From: Eledone cirrhosa
Taxonomy: Eukaryota
Assembly: GCA_964016885.1 (NCBI GenBank)
Contig: OZ024749.1
Coordinates: forward strand, 55,242,001-55,306,000
Reading direction: 5' to 3'
DNA: 64,000 nucleotides
Position 1 is the first letter of the stretch. Every line of letters starts with the position of its first letter. The notes under the pieces are model-generated. The model did not search any database. It saw only the letters and a program-made list of their open reading frames with translations, and was not told the DNA's origin. Shown piece after piece: positions 14,142 through 31,746 of the stretch. A program made the position numbers and the translations under genes.

Positions 14142-15369
14142 GAGAGAGAGAGAGAGAGAGATATTCATACATACAAATATATACATATACTGTATATATA
14201 TATAAACATACAAACATATATATATATATATATATATATATAAACATAAATTATCGAGATTCGCATTTCGGCCCACGAAATAACGAAAAACAACCTCCGA
14301 GATGTGCGGCAAGTGCTCAATGATTCAGATGAACCAGAGCTATAACAAACGTTAAAGGCCAAACACACTGAGACGATGGTTAAACAATCATTCGCATAGC
14401 CCCCCAAAAGAACGATCAAGTAATTCGGGTATTGAAAATTTACCCGGACCCCTGCAAGGTTGGTAAAATCCAGTATATGGGTTTCTGCGGCTCCTAAATC
14501 AAGTACCGTCCGCTTACATAAATAATGTCAGGCTTCTGGTAAGATGATTGAACAAGGAAGCCACTTTCTCAACAGGTTTTAGTTCAATGGACTGACTATT
14601 GCTGACCCCACGTGGGGATCAGCAAGGGAGGCAACCCCTATATCAGGCGAATTAATTCAGTTGTGTATATTTTTGCAAGAATGCAAAAACATCACAAATC
14701 GAATAGATTTCTCAACAGAAGGGTTAAAATTAACATAAGCTATTCATCAGTCAATAGAATCAACTAAAAAATCAAGAAAATTAACTGGTCAATAGCTAGA
14801 GTCTGGAGAATAATACAAACAGATGAACCAGAGCTATAACAAACGTTATATATAAACATACAAACCTATATATATACGTGTCTATAAACACAGACACGTA
14901 TATATCAGGGAGGGGTTGATAGAGAGTTTGTGGCACTCTCGGGTCCCAATAATAGGGGGGGGGGGGCTTGTGAAACCAGTAATTGTATAGGGTCCGTTCG
15001 TAAATATGGGATTGCTTGTAATGTTCTTCTTTTGTCATATATAATGTTTGTTTTAATGTAAAATAAAATTATTATTAGATTCTCCAGCTGCTAGTTATCA
15101 ATATGAATCATTTACAATTTCGCCGAGGATAAATTTGTAAAATTATAAGTGGTGTGAGTGGGGTGGAATGAAAACTGGTGAGGGTAGGGTATCTGTAAAA
15201 TTAATAAGTTGGGGTGGGGACGATTATTCAAAGACCTGAGAGTACGTGAATTATTGACGGACGTAAGAATGAAAACTCAATACCGAAGTAGAGTTTAAAT
15301 ATTCATTTATTATAGCTAAGCCTTGTTAAACACACAGACATACACACACACGCTCTCTCTCTCTCTTTC

Positions 15370-15443
<74 letters not shown>

Positions 15444-16185
15444 CTCACACACACACACATACACGCACTCACACACTCACACACTTTAAACGCTAACCAC
15501 AGACAGTCAAGCCCACACAGAAAAAAAAAGAACATTTACGCCCACAAACCTTATTATGTGGAGAGAAAATGCCAAAAAGCCACGTACGTTATGCATATTT
15601 GAAATGCTGATCTGGTAGTATGTTTGTTTCTATTCAATAGCACCATATACCAGCGTTAACCTAATTAGGAATGAAGCTAGCCAAAAACAATAGGAGCAGC
15701 TGATCTGCTGTCATCAATTAAAAAGACTCAGCTTAGCTCTTTATAGCATATTTCCCTTATTAATTAACCTAAATCAAATAGTTGTCTTTGGCATCTATTA
15801 TATATGAAATAATAGAAATTATAAAAGGATGTAGAATAAAGAACTGTTATTATGTTGGTCACACAATTATTCCAGAAGGGTTTACACAGCCACCTACAAA
15901 AAGTCAGGCTTTTCCTTAAAACAAACACACAAATAAAATATAGTAAAAATAATTGTTAGTCTCTCAGATCTACTCTCTCTCTCTCTATCTATCTATCTAT
16001 CTCTCTATCTATCTATCTCACACTCTCTCTCTCTCTCTCTAATCTATCTATCATATCTATCTCACACTCTCTTTCTCTCTGACTCACACTCTCTTTCTCT
16101 CATCCTTGCTCCCCCTCCTTGTTTATCCACCTATCTATTTTCCTGTATCTATCTGTCAATCTATCTGTGTGTATATATATATATA

Positions 16186-16282
16186 ATTGTTTCTATTTTA
16201 GGCACAAGGCCAGCAATTAACCAGTACATTACTGGTACTTTATTTTATCGACCCCGTAAGGATGAAAAGGCAAAAGTCAACC
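16186..16282 (-). mobile_element. tRNA-derived SINE, 3' portion
   Basis: ggcacaaggccagc...actggtactttattttatcgacccc. Confidence 0.75.
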
Positions 16283-16703
16283 TGTGTGTGTATGTGTTTA
16301 TGAAATAGTGTATATATGTGTGTGTGTATGTGTGAGTGAAAGTGTGTGTGTGTGAATATGTGTGTGTGAATGACTGTGTTTGTGAGTATGTGCATGTTTG
16401 TATTTATATGTATATTTAATAAGGTACCATTAGAGAAACCATAAAGTTCACTGTTAACAAAATTACAATAAATATTTGATTGCTAGCATAGTAACCGTAA
16501 AAAATGACGGGGTTTATAATAAATAAAAATATTCGATTTAATAATTCCTAGATTACAACATTCTATGTGAAGATGCTAGAAAATTTGAGTTTTCTTTGTC
16601 ACTTCAGTCATTACCGAATTTCATTTCATGAACATATAAATCGATTACTATATGTCAGTACCACATTTTCTTTCATCATTATATAACTTATCTCAAGTAA
16701 ATT

Positions 16704-16751
<48 letters not shown>

Positions 16752-16847
16752 GTGTGTGTGTGTGTACATATATATTATGCGTACATCTATGTATACACAC
16801 AGGCACTCACACACACACTCATACACACACACACATATATATATATA

Positions 16848-16995
16848 ATGTTTCTACTTTTTGGCACAAGGCCAGCAAATATTCCAGTGCATTACTGGTA
16901 CTTTATTTTATCGACCCCGTAAGAATGAAAGGCAAAGTTAACCTTTGCGGAATTTGAACTCAGATCATAAAGGGCCGTAACTCTTGCTGCAAAGC
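16848..16995 (-). mobile_element. tRNA-derived SINE
   Basis: Same core plus B-box (ggaatttgaactc on the + strand). Confidence 0.8.
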
Positions 16996-17109
16996 AAAGA
17001 GTTGGGTTGATATATATATATATATATGTTAACCTAATATATCCTTTCCATATACTGTACCGATTCTGTTGTTATTTCTGTTTACCTTTTACATATATAT
17101 ATATATATG

Positions 17110-17160
<51 letters not shown>

Positions 17161-17163
<3 letters not shown>

Positions 17164-17769
17164 AGGTCACCAGTTGGTGCTACTGGTAACATGTATCCCA
17201 GTACAACCTGTCTCATGGTCGGGTCGTTGGCGACTAAACTGGCAACCCCACCAAGGTTTCTTGGTGAGGAGGGTGACTTTCGACATCCTGCAGGACTAAA
17301 AACAAAACCTGTCAAAGGGCAAGGGAGCTCTTAAGAGTCAATGGCCATCCAAAATCACTGGGAGAGATGACCCCTTAGCCTTTGTCAAGGCAGAATTCTA
17401 GGAGAAGGAAAACTCTGATATAACACCTGCAACCCTGATGGTATCCAATGATGTTGACTTGTTCTTCTTTTTGGTAAATATCATCTTGGTTAAGAGAGTG
17501 GGACTGGCTTTGTGCAGTGCCTTTGCTCACTATAAAAGCTTCACGGCACAGGCATTGCTTTATATCTGGAGATCTCTCTGCACTTGTCATCACATGGTAC
17601 CATGGGCCCTGCACTATGTGTCAATAATGGTCACAAGTGTAGTCTTTGTACCAGAGTTTTCAAGTCGCCGGCTGGACTAAAAAGTCACATTCGTTCAGCG
17701 CATCGGTAGGGGTTCTCCTACATGGATATAAAGTAGTGGCCGTACTCGAAAAACGAGTTGGCAGCCACC

Positions 17770-17770
<1 letters not shown>
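17161..17770. mobile_element. Unclassified ~610-bp microsatellite-inserted element (family J, copy 1)
   Basis: Highly similar full-length copies at 28235-28846 and 41101-41707 share the ends (T)GTCAGGTCACC...GGCAGCCACCA. Confidence 0.85.
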
Positions 17771-18693
<923 letters not shown>

Positions 18694-18734
18694 CGATATT
18701 AACAAATGGAAACTATATTTATAAAACCATATTT

Positions 18735-18797
18735 ATTTCATTATACATATTTCAAGGATACCAAGTTAAATTATGGTATGCCTTCATCAGACAAAAT
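18735..18797 (-). ncRNA. Type I hammerhead ribozyme (A4, minus arm)
   Basis: Reverse complement of 18845-18907. Confidence 0.85.
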
Positions 18798-18844
18798 ACA
18801 ATATATACCAGTTTTATAAATAAACATAAACTGGTATATATTGT

Positions 18845-18907
18845 ATTTTGTCTGATGAAGGCATACCATAATTTAACTTGGTATCCTTGAAATATGTATA
18901 ATGAAAT
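18845..18907 (+). ncRNA. Type I hammerhead ribozyme (A4, plus arm)
   Basis: attttgt-CUGAUGA-aggcauacca/uaauuuaacu/ugguauccuu-GAAA-uaugua-UA-atgaaat. Confidence 0.85.
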
Positions 18908-19035
18908 AAATATGGTTTTATAAATATAGTTTCCATTTGTTAATATCGTATATCGACTCCAAATACTTGTTGAGTGCTTTATATTAGTTATAAAAATATT
19001 TGCTTGTTGTATCCCAACAATTTAAATAGAACTTT

Positions 19036-19097
<62 letters not shown>

Positions 19098-19100
<3 letters not shown>

Positions 19101-19246
19101 GTTTCGACGGTCCAGAATTACCCTCCGAAACGGCTTGAGCTCAGCCGTCGGGGTCCTACTCGTTCCTATCACCCACTCTACTACCCTAAGTATTGAGTAC
19201 TTTGGTGCGTTATGGTCCAACTGGTTCCTTACCCCATTTCCTTCGT
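19098..19246 (+). mobile_element. Family D element with a short 5' fold-back
   Basis: cgtttcg...cgaaacg mini inversion, GAAA-cggc(ttgagctca)gccg-TC, ttgagtac tail, TA flanks. Confidence 0.75.
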
Positions 19247-19271
19247 TATATATATATATACATATATATAT

Positions 19272-19369
<98 letters not shown>

Positions 19370-19394
19370 TATACATATATATATATATATATAA

Positions 19395-19450
<56 letters not shown>

Positions 19451-19736
19451 AAGATATATATACACATATATATGACATGTACGTATGTCTCTTCCTCCGC
19501 AATTCAGTAAAGATTCACTCTCTCTCACTACCTCTCTCTCACTCTCTCTCACTCTCCTCACACTCACTCTCTCTCTCTCTCTCTCTCAGACCACCCTCTT
19601 TCCCATGTAACTGAAGTACCCGCCTATCCCGTTGCTACTCTTTACAAAATTTGATTTATGACTCTTTAAAACAGACCAGAGCCAAACTTTATCAAATTTA
19701 AAATCCCCCGCCAATGACGTTTGCCTAAGAACTCTG

Positions 19737-19772
<36 letters not shown>

Positions 19773-19806
19773 TTTCTCTCTCTTCTCTCTCTTCTCTTCT
19801 CTCTCC

Positions 19807-19837
<31 letters not shown>

Positions 19838-20219
19838 CTCTCTCTCTATCTCTATCTCTCTCTCTCTCTCCCTCTCTCTCTCTCTCTCCTTTATCACCTG
19901 ACGTAGAACACTTTTCCCCATTACATTTTCTTTGTTAAATACTCCAGCATACATATCTTGCTTATCTCATTAACGTTACTATTAATATTTAGTCCATACA
20001 ACAATGACAACTTCATATAATGCACCCATTAATCATCTGGTCCCCCAGCACAGCTTGCTTCTAACCCACAACCGACCGACCCTTATACCCATACCAAAAT
20101 CTTAACAACACCCATTAGCTACTTAATATACCCTTCTTTTTATATTATTTTTGTACTTCCTTTATCATATAAGCTTTTCTCTACAATTTTATCTATCTAT
20201 GAATTTATCTCCTTAGTCC

Positions 20220-21257
<1,038 letters not shown>

Positions 21258-21406
21258 CATATATATGTGGTGTGTGACTGTGTATCTGTGTATCTGTGTG
21301 TCTGTGTGTGTGTGTGTATACGGGTGGTAGTGTACACAAAATGTTTTCCCTCTTTAGGCTTTATATATCCAATAAATTGTTCATAGTCAAACAACTATAT
21401 ATATCC

Positions 21407-21739
21407 TCTATATCTACTACACGGAACTCTCTCTCAAGCCCCTCTCTAAATCAATTAACACCAAACTCTCCCCCTCTCTATATCTACTACACGGAACTCT
21501 CTCTCAACCCCCTCTCTAAATCAATTAACACCAAACTCTCCCCTCTCTATATCTACTACACGGAACTCTCTCTCAACCCCCTCTCTAAATTAATTAACAC
21601 CAAACTCTCCCCCTCTCTATATCTACTACACGGAACTCTCTCTCAAGCCCCTCTCTAAATCAATTAACACCAAACTCTCCCCTCTCTATATCTACTACAC
21701 GGAACTCTCTCTCAACCCCCTCTCTAAATCAATTAACAC
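21407..21739. repeat. 69-70-bp tandem repeat running into the assembly gap
   Basis: tatctactacacggaactc starts at 21411, 21481, 21550, 21620 and 21689. Confidence 0.9.
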
Positions 21740-21939
21740 NNNNNNNNNNNNNNNNNNNNNNNNNNNNNNNNNNNNNNNNNNNNNNNNNNNNNNNNNNNNN
21801 NNNNNNNNNNNNNNNNNNNNNNNNNNNNNNNNNNNNNNNNNNNNNNNNNNNNNNNNNNNNNNNNNNNNNNNNNNNNNNNNNNNNNNNNNNNNNNNNNNNN
21901 NNNNNNNNNNNNNNNNNNNNNNNNNNNNNNNNNNNNNNN
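21740..21939. other. Assembly gap (200 N)
   Basis: Run of N. Confidence 1.
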
Positions 21940-22036
21940 GTGTGTTTGTGTGTATATGTATCTGTATGAATGCATGTGAATATGTATGTATTTGAGAGTG
22001 TATATACATACATACACACACACATTATATATACTG

Positions 22037-22075
<39 letters not shown>

Positions 22076-23033
22076 GTACATACCATTACAAACACCATCA
22101 TGTCCTGTTTTACAATATCTTATTAATATTTGCTATTTATTTACTTTCTCAAAAGTTTTGGGTTTTTTTATTAAAGACTTGTATAAGTTTTTTCCCCAGA
22201 TGCTTTGTATCGACGTTTCACGGTCACCTGACCGTATCTTCAGAATATCCACCTATCATATGGCAGATGGGATGTCTACTGCTTTCTTTTCTATCATATT
22301 TGACTTTTTTTCTTTCCTTTTTCGTTTTTTTTTTGTGCTACTTGCTATTGTTGTAGCTTTGTTATGTTTTTTGTGTGTTTTTTCACTCGGTTGCTATTGG
22401 CAATTTTAAAGAATTATGGTTTTTGGTAGAATGGAATGGAATGGAATTCATGGAAAAGTTTTAATACGTTGAGTAATACCATGAGTTTGGTTTTGCTTCA
22501 TGGGGTTTCGATAAACATTGGGGCATTCAATTATATTGATTCAATGTCACGCTATTGATTTTCTGTTACAGAGCTTCTTATATTGTAACTATACACCCTT
22601 CTGGAATTTTACTATTGATTTTTACACTATGTTCTCTTAAAAGAATTCATTGCAATCCCCTCTTTTCTCTAAGTGTATAGTCAGCTCATGATAATGTATA
22701 GTAGAAGTGCTACCTCTCTAGTATTACTTTCAATGAAGCTCTAATGTTATAATTATCTAGTTAGATTGCATATTGTTGTCTAGATATGTCCCATTAGTTG
22801 TTAATATATCATAGTTACAGTCAGAGTCACGTCATAGTCTTAGTGATAAGTTCCTTGTTTTATGTTTATTTATTCATTTATTTATTGTGTATTTTTAAAT
22901 TCAAATTGCTTGTTAATTGTTTAAATAGAACATTTGTTAATGAATCAACATTCCTGTGTCAATTAAAGATTGTTAATATAATTGTTAAATCAATTTATCC
23001 AAAATATAAAAGATTAGTATTATTATTATTATC

Positions 23034-23225
23034 GGTGGATTGGCAGTATCGGTAGAGGTTCGGACGCCATGCTTTGACGCATAGAGTTACGGCCCTTGCC
23101 ATTCTGAGTTCAAATCCCGCCGAGGTTAACTTTGCCTTTCATCCTTACGGGGTCGATAAAATAAAGTACCAGTAATGTACTGGGTAATTTTCTGGCCTTG
23201 TGCCAATAGTAGAAACAATTATTAT
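23034..23225 (+). mobile_element. tRNA-derived SINE, near full length
   Basis: A-box tggcagtatcgg, B-box gagttcaaatccc, conserved core, (att)n tail. Confidence 0.85.
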
Positions 23226-24341
23226 TATTATTTATTTAAGTATTGATATACCCGGGCAAGGCCAGGTATTCCTGCGAATTTATTGTTATTTTTATTTCGA
23301 ATTGCTACAAGTGATCGGAGATTTCAATGAAAACTATGATTTGGTTATATTCTATATGAGGTTATTGCAAATAACAAATGAATTGTTCATATTTTTGCTG
23401 GAGGAATTCATTGTCATATTTAATAATAAAAAAATATATATACCCGACGGTTTATCTCGCGGCATATTTTAGAAGAGAATTTTCGTTTCGGGAGCAATAT
23501 TTTGAATTATTTGAATGGTGTGTGGAATGAGGAAAGGCGAAATTGGTGGAGGGAGGGGGGGGGGGGCATCTGTGGGGAGAAGAAAGAGGGGAGAATAGAG
23601 AAGAGATTATAGAAAAAAAAATGTATTTCCTAAGATTGGTCAGAGTGTCTTAAAGGAAAAATGCTGTAATTTTGGCCCTGAAGCAAAATACAGTATTGAG
23701 TTCTGGTAAAAATAGGGTATTTTATTAGCCAAATCTTGAGATCATTGTTTTGTCTTATTTTTCTTTCTCCGTTTTAACCATCCACATTACTGCCAGGTGT
23801 CGCTAGGTGTCATGGCATTAGACAGATGAAGGACATTTAGCTAATTTGGTTGCTTTTAGCTGAGATGTTGCTTTTAGATTGAGATGTTTTAAAGACTAGC
23901 ACAATAATCTAAGAGGGGGGGGGAGAGAATCAATCATTGAGAGAGATCAACATTTTATAATATAAGACCTTAACTCACAACAGACCAGTTGTTAATAGAT
24001 ACTGAAGGAGGACGGTACAGTGGAAATCAGTGCGAGGGCAGAATAATTAGAGCGGTATTCATGCCAGCTTTCTACAAAACTGAGTCCATTACTCACAAAT
24101 GTCAACTCTAGTTCCTTTTGTCTTTGCATCTATGTCTGTATTTTTAGAAGATTCATTGTAGCGGAATATTCGGGTAGCTTTTCTACTCTTGAAAGTGCTG
24201 ACGGTGCTCCAGTCACACAACAGCTGGTTTAAACTGGTGAAAATAAAGTACGAAATAAATGATATACATACATGCATGCATATAAATATACACATATATC
24301 AATTTTAGTAAACACACACACACACACACAAAACACACGCG

Positions 24342-24373
<32 letters not shown>

Positions 24374-24483
24374 CACTATGACTTACTAAAGTAAACAAAC
24401 CACTATCCTGATGGCCTCCAAAAGCAACAGTCATTTTTTAAAAGGGTACGTCAATGTCTATTTATAAAACTGTTATATATTGT

Positions 24484-24546
24484 ATTTTGTCTGATGAAGG
24501 CATACCATAATTTAACTTGGTATCCTTGAAATATATATAATGAAAT
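24484..24546 (+). ncRNA. Type I hammerhead ribozyme (family A, copy A5; element ~24373-24588)
   Basis: Nearly identical to 18845-18907, with stem III auauauau. Confidence 0.85.
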
Positions 24547-24586
24547 AAATATGGTTTTATAAATATAGTTTCCATTTATTAATATC

Positions 24587-25634
<1,048 letters not shown>

Positions 25635-25673
25635 TTGGATTATGTCGATCGATTGGTTATTGATTAGACGATA

Positions 25674-25783
25674 CCCGCTGATGAAGCCGCATAAGCCGAT
25701 TGTGTATTGTTGCATAATATATGCAGACAGATGGTGCAGTGCACCTTACTGCTGCATTAGTGCGGCAGAAACTCGAGTCCGGG
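25674..25783 (+). ncRNA. Type I hammerhead with extended stem II (family M; insert ~25635-25927)
   Basis: cccg-CUGAUGA-a gccgca...ugcggc a-GAAA-CUCGAG-UC-cggg. Stem III ACTCGAGT is palindromic, with a canonical GUC site (cleavage after 25779). Confidence 0.85.
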
Positions 25784-26135
25784 AACCTTATAGGCACCCG
25801 TTTTACGTGTGTTGTGTTGAGGCAAATAACTATGTGTATACTCTGGTAATGTATCTTACATTGCCCATTGAGTGCGCTGAGATACAACCGGTACTGGCAT
25901 TGATAAATATGCTGGGTCCGTCAACCTTATTATATATATATATATATGAAAATAGGGAGAAAAAGACGATTATTAGGAAGAAAAATATTTTTTTCTTTGA
26001 TTTTTTTTTGTCTTTTTTCTGGGTTAGAAAATGTTTAAAACAAAATATTTTACTTTGTGTGAAGTGTTAAGGTATTTGTTAATTTATTTATTAATTAACA
26101 ATGGCATTTATTTATTTATATATTTAATAATTGTC

Positions 26136-26183
<48 letters not shown>

Positions 26184-26532
26184 TGTAATAAACAACATAA
26201 GATTATTAATTCATTTGCCAGTGGTTTCTTGAAGGCAGATATTTATATCTGTCTTCAGTCGTTAGATAGAATAATATGGAATGTTTATTAGATATGGATT
26301 TGAAAACAAAGTTTAGGATAAATGGAAGTGATGGTGAAATAAAATAACGGGCAAAAATTGAGTGAAAAAAAAAATATAAATAAATATCCAGAACATACAC
26401 ACACTCAAACACACGCTTATACGTAATAGTACGTAAACGTATACATTCTCACATAAGTGTATGTGCGTCTACATGGAAATACGAACACACACATATAAAC
26501 GTGTGGTCTTTTGCTCACATATGCGCACACAC

Positions 26533-27471
<939 letters not shown>

Positions 27472-27570
27472 TATACATATACATACATATATATATACAT
27501 ACATATATATATACATATATATACATATATATACATATATATATACATACATATATATATATATATATAA

Positions 27571-27630
<60 letters not shown>

Positions 27631-27633
<3 letters not shown>

Positions 27634-28159
27634 AAGGTTAAACAAGGTTCGATGAATAAATCAAAGAATTAGTTTTACAATAGATTGGAAGCAGTCAACA
27701 TAAATGGTTTTCCGGAGTTATTAATATTCATTCAAAATATTAACAAAAATAGAACTTCATTGTGATCAAGTATATTTTATTATACATATTTCAGAGGTAC
27801 TGAGCTAACTTCAACAGTACGTCCTCATCAGATAAAATAAGATAAAATAAGATGATGCATAACATACCCTGACATAGTAGATGGTTAAGATCCGGTCATG
27901 GATCTTAACCATCTACTATGTCAGGGTATGTCATGCATCATCTTATTTTATCTTATTTTATCTGATGAGGACGTACTGTTGAAGTTAGCTCAGTACCTCT
28001 GAAATATGTATAATAAAATATACTTGATCACAATGAAGTTCTATTTTTGTTAATATTTTGAATGAATATTAATAACTCCGGAAAACCATTTATGTTGACT
28101 GCTTCCAATCTATTGTAAAACTAATTCTTTGATTTATTCATCGAACCTTGTTTAACCTT

Positions 28160-28162
<3 letters not shown>
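27631..28162. mobile_element. Family B fold-back element, 532-bp near-perfect palindrome (B2)
   Basis: 263-bp arms with a 6-nt loop at 27894-27899; one arm mismatch seen; TA flanks. Confidence 0.9.
27955..28019 (+). ncRNA. Type I hammerhead ribozyme (B2; mirror copy on the minus strand at 27774-27838)
   Basis: attttat-CUGAUGA-ggacguacug uugaaguuagcu caguaccucu-GAAA-uaugua-UA-ataaaat. Confidence 0.85.
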
Positions 28163-28234
<72 letters not shown>

Positions 28235-28237
<3 letters not shown>

Positions 28238-28846
28238 AGGTCACCAGTTGGTGCTACTGGAAACATGTATCCCAGTACAACCTGTCTCATGGTCGGGTCG
28301 TTGGCGACTAAACTGGCAACCCCACCAAGGTTTCTTGATGAGGAGGGTGATTTTGAACATCCTGCAGGACTAAAAACTAAACCTGTCAAAGGGCAAAGGA
28401 GCTCTTAAGAGTCAATGGCCATCCAAAATCAACGGGAGAGATGACCCCTTAGCCTTTGTCAAGGCAGAATTCTAGGAGAAGGAAAACTCAGATATAACAC
28501 CTGCAACCCTGATGGTATCCAATGATGTTGACTTGTTCTTCTTTTTGGTAAATATCATCTTGGTTAAGAGAGCGGGACTGGCTTTGTGCAGTGCCTTTGC
28601 TCACTATAAAAGCTTCACGGCACAGGCATTGCTTTATATCTGGAGATCTCTCTGCACTTGTCATCACAGGGTACAATGGTCCTGGCACTATGTGTCAATA
28701 ATTGTCACAAGTGTAGTGTTTGTACCAGAGTTTTCAAGTCGCTGGCTGGACTAAAAAGTCACACTCGTTCAGCGCATCGGTAGGGGTTCTCCTACATGGA
28801 TATAAAGTAGTGGCCGTACTCGAAAACGAGTTGGCAGCCACCACCA
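28235..28846. mobile_element. Family J element, copy 2
   Basis: Homologous end-to-end with 17161-17770. Confidence 0.85.
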
Positions 28847-28892
28847 TATATGTATATATATGTATATGTATATATATATGTATATATGTATG

Positions 28893-28925
<33 letters not shown>

Positions 28926-29204
28926 AGTGACTGTGTGTGGGAGAAGGGGAGAGGCTGACACTTATAAACCGTTCAATACAAACTAATCATTAGTCGTTCT
29001 CGAATTTAAATTTAAACTATTCCTTACATCCCTTTCCCCTTCCTACACTTCCTTCCTCCTTGCTTGTTTCTTACACCTCCTTATTTACACCATGCTCCCA
29101 CCACCACCACCGCTCTCCCTAACACCACAACCACTACCACCACCACAACCCTCATCATCACCACCACCACTACCACCCTTCATACCACCACCACCACCAT
29201 AGCA

Positions 29205-29372
29205 TAGAGTAACGGTCTTTTATGGTCTGAGTTCAAATCCCACCTTGTCTTTCATCCTTACGGGGTCGATAAAATAAAGTACCAGTAATACACTGTGGTT
29301 AATTTAATCGACCCCCCCCCCCCAAAAAAAAAAAATTACTGGCCTCGTGCTTATACTAGAAATCATTATTGT
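29205..29372 (+). mobile_element. tRNA-derived SINE, 5'-truncated
   Basis: gagttcaaatccc and the ggggtcgataaaataaagtaccagt core. Confidence 0.75.
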
Positions 29373-29379
29373 TAGCAAT

Positions 29380-30305
29380 GGTGTTGATGTTGTTGTCATT
29401 GTTGTTGTTGTTGTTATTGTTGTTGTTGTTGTAGCTGTTATTGTTGTCATTGTTGTTGTCATTGTTATTGTGATTGTAGTAGTAGTTGTTGTAGTTCTTC
29501 TTCTTCTTCCCACTCTTCAAACGTCTCCCCCCCCCCCATACACCTACTTTTTCCTCCATTTTACTCTTTTCTTCCCATTTCATTTGATTGTAATTTGCAT
29601 GCTTGTTGTTGTTGTTGTTGTTGTCGTTGTTGTTGTTGGTGGTGTTGTTGTTGTTGTTGTTGGTGTTGTTGTTGTTGTTGGTGTTGTTGTTGGTGGTGTT
29701 GTTGTTGTTGTTGTTGTTGGTGTTGTTGTTGTTGTTGGTGTTGTTGTTGGTGGTGGTGTTGTTGTTGTTGGTGGTGTTGTTGTTGTTGTTGTTGGTGTTG
29801 TTGTTGTGTGTGGTAGTGGTGGTGATAATGGTAAAGGGTTATGGTAGGTTGAAAGATGGTGGTGCTGGTGGTGATGATGGAGATGGTGGTGATGGAGGTA
29901 CTGGCGGAGATGGTGGCGGTGATGGAGATGGTGGCGGTGATGGAGGTGATGAAGATGGTGGTTGTGGTGGTGGAGTTGCTGGTGGAGATGGTGGAGGTGG
30001 TGGTGGTGGTGGTGGTTGTGTTGATGGAGTTTCTGGTGGAGATGGTGGAGGTGGTGGTGGTGGTGGTTGTGGTGGTGGTGTTGATGGAGTTACTGGTGGA
30101 GATGGTGGAGGTGGTGGTTGTGGTGGTGGTTGTGGTGGTGTTGATGGAGTTACTGGTGGAGATGGTGGAGGTGGTGGTTGTGGTGGTGGTTGTGGTGGTG
30201 GTGTTGATGGAGTTACTGGTGGCGATGGTGGAGGTGGTGGTTGTGGTGGTGGTGTTGATGGAGTTGCTGGTGGAGATGGTGGAGGTGGAGGCGATGATGG
30301 ATGTT
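29380..30305. repeat. (GTT)n and (GGT)n triplet repeats with a ~42-45-bp higher-order unit at ~29975-30290
   Basis: gttgatggagttactggtggagatggtggaggtggtggt recurs. Confidence 0.85.
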
Positions 30306-31138
30306 GAAAGGTGATTGTGGTATTTTATATTAATTTATTTTTACAATTTATTTATTTCGTTTTGTTTCGATTTTCTTTACGAATTTCTTTCTTTCTTTTA
30401 AATTTATTTTAAACTGTTTTTTATTTTATTTATATTTTATTTTATTGAGTGAGTCTTTTTTTGTTTTTATTTTTATTTTGTTGAGTTGTTTTCTTATTTG
30501 TTTTTATATAAAAAACCACGAGAAAAACTCCTTCTTTTCAATATCTTTCAATCATTCGTTTCCTTTCATTTCTAATTTCTTCGTTTTTTCTTTTGTTCTT
30601 TCCAATCCCTTCTTCATTTCTTTCTCTTTCCTTCCGTCTCTCTTCTTCTCTCCTCTCCTTCGTTTCTTAAATAATTCATTCCTCTTCTTCGTTTTCTTTA
30701 CACTCTTCCTCTCTTATTGTTTTTATTTTCCTATTTCCTTCTTTTAGATTCTTCTTTCTTCTTCCTTCTCTTTCTTATTTCCTTCTTTATCTACGTCATT
30801 CAAGCATCTTTCTTTCCTTTCGCCTTCGTATTTCTACACGTTCTTCTTTTTCTTTCACTTCTTCTCTTTCTTTTTCTTTTTCCATTATTTACTTAACTTT
30901 CCTTCTATTCTTTCATCTTTTATTCCCTTCTTTCATCTCACCGTCAATCTTCTTTTCCTCCTTCTTTTTTACTTTGTTTTATTTTATCATTTTTTCTTTT
31001 TCTCTTTCATTTTTTCTCTTTCATTTTTTCTCTCTTTCTTTCCTCTTCTCCTGTCCTCCCCCCAACTCCTCATCTTCATTTCATTCCCCTCCAGCTTTCT
31101 TTCCATTCTGTCATCACCACATAACATCAACACCATCA

Positions 31139-31218
<80 letters not shown>

Positions 31219-31222
31219 TGTA

Positions 31223-31280
<58 letters not shown>

Positions 31281-31284
31281 TGTA

Positions 31285-31351
<67 letters not shown>

Positions 31352-31360
31352 ACATATATA

Positions 31361-31459
<99 letters not shown>

Positions 31460-31570
31460 GAAAGGTATAGAAAACATTGCAGCGAAAAGCCAATATATAT
31501 ATATATATTTAGAAGAATAGAGGTGTAACATATATATATATATATATATGTAAATATATATATATGTATG

Positions 31571-31625
<55 letters not shown>

Positions 31626-31682
31626 ATGTATATATATATGTATGTATATATATATGTATGTATATATATATATATATGTATG

Positions 31683-31746
<64 letters not shown>

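Larger units (their letters stand above)
18691..19038. mobile_element. Family A fold-back element with two hammerheads (A4)
   Basis: Palindrome at 18691-18951 (loop ~18815-18827) plus a tail to 19038; TA on both sides. Confidence 0.85.

Noticed and set aside
17161-17245. Possible HDV-like ribozyme at the start of family J
   Set aside because: P2/P4-like pairings and a CUAA linker exist, but there is no room for a 7-bp P1 between P3 and P4.
17655-17702. Minus-strand CUGAACGA...GAAA in family J
   Set aside because: Core spacing is wrong and stems I and II do not pair.
29603-30314. Leu-rich then Gly-rich ORF resembling a secreted glycine-rich protein
   Set aside because: It is built from (GTT)n and (GGT)n repeats, is open in several frames and has no unique coding sequence.
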